Source: Andalucia godoyi And28 (lineage: Eukaryota > Protista > Jakobida). From it: DNA of 64,000 nt. The notes below the pieces were generated by a model, which worked only from the letters and a program-made list of their open reading frames with translations, did not search any database and was not told the origin of the DNA. The translations under genes were made by a program, and so were the position numbers. Each line of letters opens with the position of its first letter. Positions within the stretch are counted from its first letter, which is position 1. The stretch covers positions 1 through 64,000 of the forward strand of contig VRVR01000031.1 in NCBI GenBank assembly GCA_009859145.1, in the 5' to 3' direction. Shown one piece after another: positions 31,401 to 40,400 of the stretch.

Positions 31401-34400
31401 AATTGAAGACGGGGCATCCCACAGGTCCAGAAGATTCATCGAGGACAGTCGTTTCTTCTGCCCACGGGACATCGAGGAAGTGCAAGATGTTGAGCCTGTC
31501 GCTGGCGAACTCCTCAATTTCGCTCGTTGTACCGAGACCCACACCTACTTGTTTTAATAAAAGAACCTGAACAGCGCGCAGATATCGGCAGTTCCCACTG
31601 GACCATGAGTTATGGACATCATTCAAGAGCCTTACCATGGCACTTCCGTTATCATTCAGCTCATTCAAGTGCACGTCGGCAACGTTCTTCAGAACCACGT
31701 ATACGCACGCCACGGCAGATGCAAGCAGAAGCTTCGAACCACAGTTGGCAGGGTCACGAAGAATCGCAAATGACCGCGCTGCAGCTCGCAGCCAGAGATT
31801 CTGATCGTCGTCGAAGTCAATGCCGACCTCGTCATCCGCAAGCACGTCGATCAACCGATCCACAACAGCGATGAAAAGTGGAGAGTCATAGAATGGCTTT
31901 TGTGCCGGAATGCGATTGAGTGCACGGGATAGTATACCCAGCCGAGAACCAGATCGGGTAAGTTCTGCATCGGCGAAACAACCAGCGGTTACAGCATCAA
32001 GGACTGATGTAACGCTAATCTTCTGAGCAATGTACTTGAGACATGGGATCACAAAAGGTACGAAGCATTCGCGGTCAGCTTCTTCAAGAAATTGCGCAAG
32101 TGAAGGCAACATCTTACCATTGCGGATAAAACGGTTCAAGAACATGACGTAATCTTCCAGCAAGGCGGTGTCTTGCCTGCCAGTAACATCCTGCAACAAG
32201 CTCATGGCAGTCTCCCAGAATGCTTCATCGTCGTCATCCAAAACAGAAAACGCAAGTATGACAAGATCGTTGCGCTCGAGAGACGGATTACGATGGAAGA
32301 GCGTGGCCAGCTCACGCAGGATGCGAACCGACGGCAAAAGTTTCCTATAGCCAGAGCGCTGCAGCAGGATGGTGACCTCGGTGAGATCTTGCAGCCACAT
32401 TTCGATATGAAAATCGGCAGCGTCGCGTTCCAGTTGCGCATCGTCCGAAGGACGAATTGCGGCAGTCAGCGCTGCAAGAAACTGATCATCAAAGGACACC
32501 TCAGCATCAAAGTCTGTCATCGAATCCGAAATCTCGGAGCGGAGTTTGGGGGATGAAAATGAGGACATTAATCGTAGGCGCATGTCAATCTGCCCGCAGT
32601 TTTCAACGTACAAGCGAATGGCAGTCGGTAACTCGCAGTCGCTATCGATGTGCACATCCTGCAGTACCCGTCTGACAATCACGCGATGTGCCTCCAGTTG
32701 CTGTGCGGACTGGGCGACGCCGCACAACGTGCTCAGATACGTCACAAAGTCCTCGAACAGCGCGAGTGCAGAATCGGAGCCAGCAATCAAGTGTTCGGGA
32801 ACGACGATGCTGGCTCCCAGTTCCTCGAATAGCCAATCAGCGATTTGAGAATCAGCAAGCGCATTGTCCTTTGCGTGGCTCTCAAACTCGACACGCGCCT
32901 GAGAAAACTTTGCGAACAAGACATGGGCAAACGGGAACCGATACGAACCGAGACGCGGGACATGTTTTCGATTCACCATCTGAGCATCAACGCGACCATT
33001 TCCAAGAAAGGGCTTCTGAATGAGAGGAAAGAGGACATGCGCACAAGTCCGGTCCAATATTCCGGCAAGCGAAGCAGGTAGAGCATCGTCGACATCGGAA
33101 GTGACAACCTCCATCATCGCCATATCCTCGAGGGCCTTGATGGCCAACACCATCGGCCACAGAAGATGTTTGCGGATAGTTTCCGCTCCTGTTTCTAACA
33201 GAGAGCCATTCATGAACATCTGCCCAGTTGCCCGAGCCAAGTCAGAAAACCAAGTGGCTGACTTGGCAGTCTGCGCCTTTTCGACAAAGTGGCGAGAACA
33301 GCGAATCAAGATTTTGCAAAACTGGGAAGAAGCTCTTGCACGACGACAGTGATCACTCATTATTTGTGACGGCACCTGAGCGTCTTCGGCAACTACCAGG
33401 TTTAGCGCTCGAGGAAGCGAAGCATACACGCGTTCTTCCAAAGTCGCATCGTCGGTCAGAATGATGTCGCGGATTGCCCGCTGCATCCACGGCATCAAGT
33501 CAGACGGCTGGTCTGTAGATGCAGTGCGGTGGAAGTGCAAGTGTTCCCATCCCGCGATGAAGACAGTGCGAAGCTCTCTGGACGACTCTTCCATATGGCA
33601 AGGCGCTCTGTGGCAGAGAACAACAACTCGCTTGCGGAGATGCGTACCGTGCTGTGCAGTCTCCCACTGTGACAGCATGTCTTCCAGAAGATTTAAAACA
33701 TTGAGGAAATGCTCAGCTTGATCAGTAGCGTGCATTCGTACGACGTATACAGTCTCGTGGATGGACCGCAGGAAATCTTGGAAGTTCTGGGCAAGTTCGA
33801 ACTCGGCCTTTACACCCGAGAGCATGATCACGTGCGCAGACTGTGGCATCACTTCAGACATGCTTGAGAACTGATCGAGGAAGCAGTGCGCAACCGCTAG
33901 TTTCGGCCTACTATCGTCGAGCAAGAATTCCTGTAAACTAGTGGGAAAGCAGTGATCTGCAACAAAGTGCAAATGGTTCGCGACTTGTTCTTGTGATTGT
34001 TGAGCCAGTTTCGAGTAGCGCATTCGGGCAACACCATCAAGAGTCATCAAACGGAGCATGGATTCCTTGCACGCCTCCATGAGAGCATGACCACTATGAA
34101 TGGAGTGCATCAAGAAGACAAGAGAGGGTACCGTCTCCGTGGGATCGTATCCCACAAAAGTAGAAGAAGCATCATGACCATCTGCGTCCGAAACGGAATC
34201 CACCCATCGACGAACTGTATCGCAAATGTTCTTCAGATCGTTCGAGGATTGCAGCACATCGGCAAATGACGCATTCTGCTTCTCGAAACGATTCAAAAAC
34301 GGTGGATCTGCGTTGCGTACGTCCTCCTGGTCCATGAGGACAACGCACTTAAAGCCATCAGCAACCGTGCAGACTGGATTGGAGAAAGCTCCGATGGCGA

Positions 34401-37400
34401 CACGGCAACTGCGACGCCCGCCGACAATGACGTAGTGTTGGTTCAGAACATCGTACAGTGAAGAGTAGATGCCGTCGTGCTTCCGTAACACCAGCACACG
34501 GCCTTGTTCCATACAAAGAATGATACGACTCAACACTTGGTACCGGTAATCGTCGCACTGATCTCCGGGCCACAGACTGCCCCGAAGAATGAGTGGATTT
34601 CGTTGATTGGAAGTTTGGATCACCGATTTGAGGATGGAAAGCGACGAATCAGATGACGTGATCATCATCAGATGCCGGGATAGCGAATCTTCCAGATTGC
34701 TTTTAATCAAATGCATGACGTCATGTGTTCGAAAATCGAATGCGAAAACAGACGAAGAGAACTTGTGGCGGAACTGATCAATAATCGACGGGCTGGCTGA
34801 AGGCATACCGGAAAAATTGCGCTGCACCGCTAATACGAATTCACGACTCACCTGGCCGGTCAACACAATATTACGATGCATAGCCTTGCAGAGCGAATAA
34901 AAATCACGCAGCCCGTGAAAGTTCTCTCGTAGCTGGTTTTTGTAGTAATGATTGTAGGCATCCGCCAAGTTGGGAACAATATCGTTGATTTGGTGCATGT
35001 GAACCGACGATGCGCCGATCAGCACCCGTGCGGTAACTTGCAAATCCCCCACCGACAGATCGGGCCGGGACAAATGGACCGCGCGGTTCATCTTGGCGGC
35101 ATCGAGTCCCCAGTTGGACACGCCAACGACGGCCACTTCGGGCATCTCTCCGGTACTGGGTTCTAGCAAATTGTGGAGGACCTTGAGCGGATTGTGAACG
35201 GAAATCTCAGCCAGCCCGACCTCATCGAGGACGACGACAGAAATCACAGAGTTGGCCCCGAACTTGCGTTGATAGTCAACTGCCTTGTCAAAAACCTTCT
35301 TGATGCCTTCCGATGTGGATGATTCGCTCCCTTGGTACGAGACAAACTGCAGCTGCGGAAACTTCTTGAAATATGAATGACTGGAATCCTTTCCCCTTAC
35401 GGACTGCTGGATTAAGGAGAGAGACAGTGACTTGCTGCATCCGGGTTTTCCAACGACAAACAGCGGAATCTTGTTAAGGATGCAGACAAGCATCACAAAC
35501 ACGTTCTCAATGAGTGCGGCGTTGGGGGCGACCTCCTGATCCAGCACCATCATAGACAAGTACGACAGGCCTTCGATGTGGATGATGTTCTGAAACAGAG
35601 TACCGTCAACCAACGACGCAATTTCTGATTTGTTCATGACCGCAACAATTGTGTCCGCAAACAGTTTGCGAGCCTCCACAGTGGGAAGCCGAGCATGATA
35701 TGCGTGTCCGAGAGCTAGCACAGTCGCCCGTAGCCAATTTGGAACATTACTCACACGATAGAAATGATGATAGTCATACCCCGTCATGAGAGCGCCGGAG
35801 CGAAGCAGCGGCACGAGATGTTCTGAAAAGAATTCTAAGAGAAGAAGGAACCTATTAACATCTCGGAGGCTGACTGCAGCATCTGCCTCCACCGCCTTGA
35901 CAAACCTTTGCGCCCTAATCACAAGTTGAACCACGAGATGGTTGCGATTGTCTTGGAGAAAGTCTGCGTTCTTCATAGCTTCCGAGTCAGCAATCTTCTT
36001 GAGCACCATAGCTTCAATGTAGCGCTCTTCCTCGACATCATCTAATCGGCCGAAATCCCACACATATTCCATCATTGTTTCCGGTAGTGGATGCACGCGG
36101 TACACAAGCTCCGTCGACTTGTCACGACGCTGCGCAAATTCTGGTCTTTCAAGACGCTTGATCCGGATATTTAGGCCAGCGGACACTGCTTCGCCGACTC
36201 GACGTCGATACGGGTTGCAGGCGCACAACAACGAGACAGGCGGCAAGATTGCCCGATCTCGGATCCTACGATGGCAAACGACATCGTTGAGCAGGCCGAG
36301 ATGGACGGATGTGTTGATTTCATCGAAAAACAGCCACACTGGTACCCCTCTTTCTATCGATATCTTCTCCGCGTTAAGAACTTGGTCTTCGATATCTGCC
36401 GCCGATATTCCAGCGTGGACAAGAAAAACGATGAACTCGACAGCGGATACCAATGCCAAGTAGCGGATGAGACTTGTCTTTCCGCAGCCTGTCTCTCCCA
36501 TCAGAACGACTGGCACGTTTGCCTGAATCCTTGCACTGATTAGCATCATCTTGACAAAATTGTCCAGCGTCAGTGCGTATTTTCCGTCATCAGGCTGGAC
36601 AAGACGTGGATTCTTGCAACAAATTTCAATCAGGCGAGTTCGCAGCTCCGTTGCAGTGGCATTGGCAAGCGCATTTGCATTTGCACCCTGTGCCTTTAAC
36701 AGCTCCACAAGTCCCTGCGGCATTGTTTCCTGCCGTCGCGCAACTATCGAGACTACGCTCGTGTTGGAGTTGTGGAAAAGGATGAGCAGTTGGTCTGTTT
36801 CCTCCCATTTCTTCATGCCGTTGAACCGGGCGTCGGCGACAGACATCGACCCATGTTGCTGTCGCTGCACAGCCCGGAGCGTCTTCGTGTTACGCTGCGC
36901 AAGCCCGCGGCACATTTTGACCATGAAAGCGACCAGGTCGCTACGCGCGGTAGTTGCACCGCGAGAAGACGCTTTGATTGTACTCACTTTCCAGAAGACA
37001 CTCGTGGACATTTTGCGTAGCTGCACGGCGAGAGTGTTGACGAAAACGCGCACTGTCGCGAAGGTGAAATCGTGATGTTCACCTTCGACAAGATATCTGC
37101 GTAAAAGAGCGCGACATTCGTCAGCAGACAAGGCAATGGCGGCTTTGGGACCGGAAAACAACACGTCGACGGTGTTCAAGGTGTCGGCGCTGAGAGCGTG
37201 AAGGTATGCACACACTACTTGTGTAGGGTTCAGCACATAATTGGAAACCTGCAGACGGTCCCACTGAAGAGTGGGAATTTCCAGGCTCCCAAGCATGCTC
37301 AAAAGCGGAAGGTCCTGCAGTTGCTTCTCATGGGTATTCGAAATCTCGACGTAAACGTATGGGAATGGGCAGAAAAGGGGGCGAATGTCGGAATCAGAAA

Positions 37401-40400
37401 GAAGACACCGAGAAACCAAGATCTGGTAGAGAAACTGATGTACCTGTGCAACATTCTCCACGTGGTGAATGACAACATGCAATGCAACTTGCTGAGGGCC
37501 CGCTGCCATAGAGACAGCACGAGCAAGAGAACGCATCACATCTTCTTTGCTGACCAGCGCTCCCAGAGCGATTGACACCAGCCGCAACTCACGACTGGTT
37601 GCGTCAATAGCTATGACTTCAGACTTTCCGAGTGCCGGCAGATCGCTCTTGACTACCAGGGTCGAGACGTTGTCTGCCGTTGCCATTGCCCCAGACAGAG
37701 CTCTCTTGATCGCAACACTTGTGAGTCTTGGAGGAACAAAGGCTACTTCGAGTTTGAGACTGATCATCACGCTCTGTGCAGAAGTTCCGCATATGATTCC
37801 CAACGTGAACGGCTTGACCATCTGCGTGACAACTGCAGTACTCTGCAATCGGATTTGGTCCAGCGCAAAATTAAGCAGCTGCAATTGAAGGACGTGCGGA
37901 AGAACGAGAAGATACGTGGCAGGCTTTGAGGGGTTGCGAAGGTTGTCCGAAAAGCATCTGCGTAGGAAAAGTAATAGCTCCTCGAATCGCGTCTGCGGCA
38001 TGCAAAACAGAATGTTGGCCGTAGGCAGGGGCCGAAACTCTTTCCGTTCATGAGAATATTGTACTTCAATTAGAGTTGAAACCAAAGTTTCTGGAGTCCG
38101 CGCCTCTATGACCTGGATACCAGTGAAAGAAATGGGAGTCTCCCTTTGCTGTCTTCCTGTAATACCGTGCAGCACACGCTGGTAGAGCATCTGCATCATC
38201 TCCGACACAGATGCAATGCGCTTGCAACAGTGTTCGCGGAAACGATCACGTGTCAACAAGTCTTGTACATCGAGTTGAACGGTTTCGAACCGTGGAAGAC
38301 CATCGACATGGAAGGCCACATCGGTAGGAACCGGACACATGAATGCCATAATCGACCGAACGAGATTCACGTCATCTTGCTCGCATCGGTCCGAGAAGAA
38401 CCGTTCGATGACATTATAGAGGCTGGGATGCACAAAACTGAGAAGGTGATGAGCGTCACTGCAGAGAGCATCCTGCACAGCTGAGGACCATTCTTCCATG
38501 GTCTGACTGCATATGTCCTTGGCCTGGAGTAAACTGTCATGCTGGCCATCGCCAAACGAAATCATTGGTTCGATGCATCTCAGTGCCTGTTCCAGCGGGC
38601 CGCCAAATGCAGAAAGGCGGTTCAGATTGCGCACAATCTCCTGCATCGCACCGACGACTTGAATGAATCGCTGCATAGCACCGAAAGTTGCGCCCGCATT
38701 CGCACCGGGGCTGGCAAGCGCCTCAATCTCCGCCGCTTGTTGATGCGAATTGACTAACAATAATGCCCGACTGCATAAATCTGACAGTTCTTCTGATTTC
38801 AGCCGGAATTGCGGTCCTTCGGCGTCGTACGACACGACATGTGTTGTGTCGTCTGCTACAAGACGTAGTCTGCCGTGTTTGACACAGTCCAAGACAATGG
38901 TCCTGGTCGCCTCCGCACGGTTTGCAACGCCGGTGTAGATGCGCAAAAGTCCGTGAGCATGCAGTCGACACTGGTCCAGCTTGGCGACAATGTTTAGCAG
39001 AATATTGCCGGCGGAGTCCAGCAGTGGAAACAGCAGCCGGAAGAATGAGTCGGCGTTCCGAAGAGCTCCAGTGTTGAAGTCTGTCGAGAAATTGAGAAAG
39101 AACTCGTGGATCTCCACCGCATCAGCAATGGTCTGCGCTCGGAGAAACTGGTCAGCATGTTGGTCTACACTATCAATCAGATTTCGGGGATTACTGTTTT
39201 CGCGTTGGAAACGGAAGCACAACTGCAGAAGATCTGAGCTGAGAGCCATCTTCTCCAACAGCAGCCACCCAGGAAGACTCTCCAAGGAGTTCAGGCTGTC
39301 GAGACAAAATCCTGAAGACCACGCTCGCACTCGATGGAGAAGAATCAGAGTTTCATCAAGCGCGGTGCAGTAAGTCTCGAGTGACGTATCTTTGGATTCA
39401 ATGACGCCAATCATTCTCAAAATGTGCTGGAAAGTTGACCCAGCAAAAACCGTGTCTTCACTATGTAAGACTTCTTGAACAATGTCACGTAGTGATCGAC
39501 AGCGGCAATCCACGAGGTCGACAGACAAAACGGCTTTCAGAGCATCAACGAATCGAACTTGATCCGGCTTTTTCACAAACGATTTGTTAAAGCATTCGTG
39601 ATTCAACTTCGCCAACGATTCGTACGCTGTATTCAATGCATCTACAGAATTGATTCCTTTCAAAATCTCACGCAGAAATGCAAGTTTGGCAGATCTGATC
39701 GTTTCTGTTTTAAAGAAGCACTGAATAGCGGATTCGAACTCTTTCAAAGTCGGGCAGATCACATCCTCCAACACCGTCGCACACGATCGAGGCGCATCCT
39801 GCTGCAGAGGCGCAGTCTGTCGATCGCCGACATATCGCAGATAATTCTGAAAAATGCGAGTGGAGTAGAGTTGGCGGAAGGTATCACAATACGACAGGAA
39901 TCCATCATGGCATTTGTCGAAATGCGGAGAATCAACCATTTTCAGTGGAAGGTCGTCCATCTCCTTTTGCATACGATCAATGTCCTGCACGTACACTAGC
40001 GCATCCTGAGCGTCTTGTTGTCGACAGTACTCGTACATGGAACGAAGGGCGGAGACCTGATCGCAAAATCGATTCAGAGTGGCATCCAACTCGAGCATAA
40101 CATGTTGTGGGTCCCTCTTGGCAAAACCAGCAAGTCCGAACAAAACAATAGCGTTGGACGATTCAGTCTTGGCAAATGCAGAAAGACAGCGGATGTCGCG
40201 GGCGACAACGGTCATGTGTTTCATGGAATCGCCGATGGTGCGGAAGGCACTCAGCACCGGCATGAGCCAGTTTACACGAGCACGCAACGCATCCAGCAGC
40301 AACGGATTGTTATAGAGAACAAGCATGCATTCATAAAATCCGGAAATCCGAAAGAGATCGACAGCACTGTTCACACTGGCAGACGCGTGGACTACCGTCG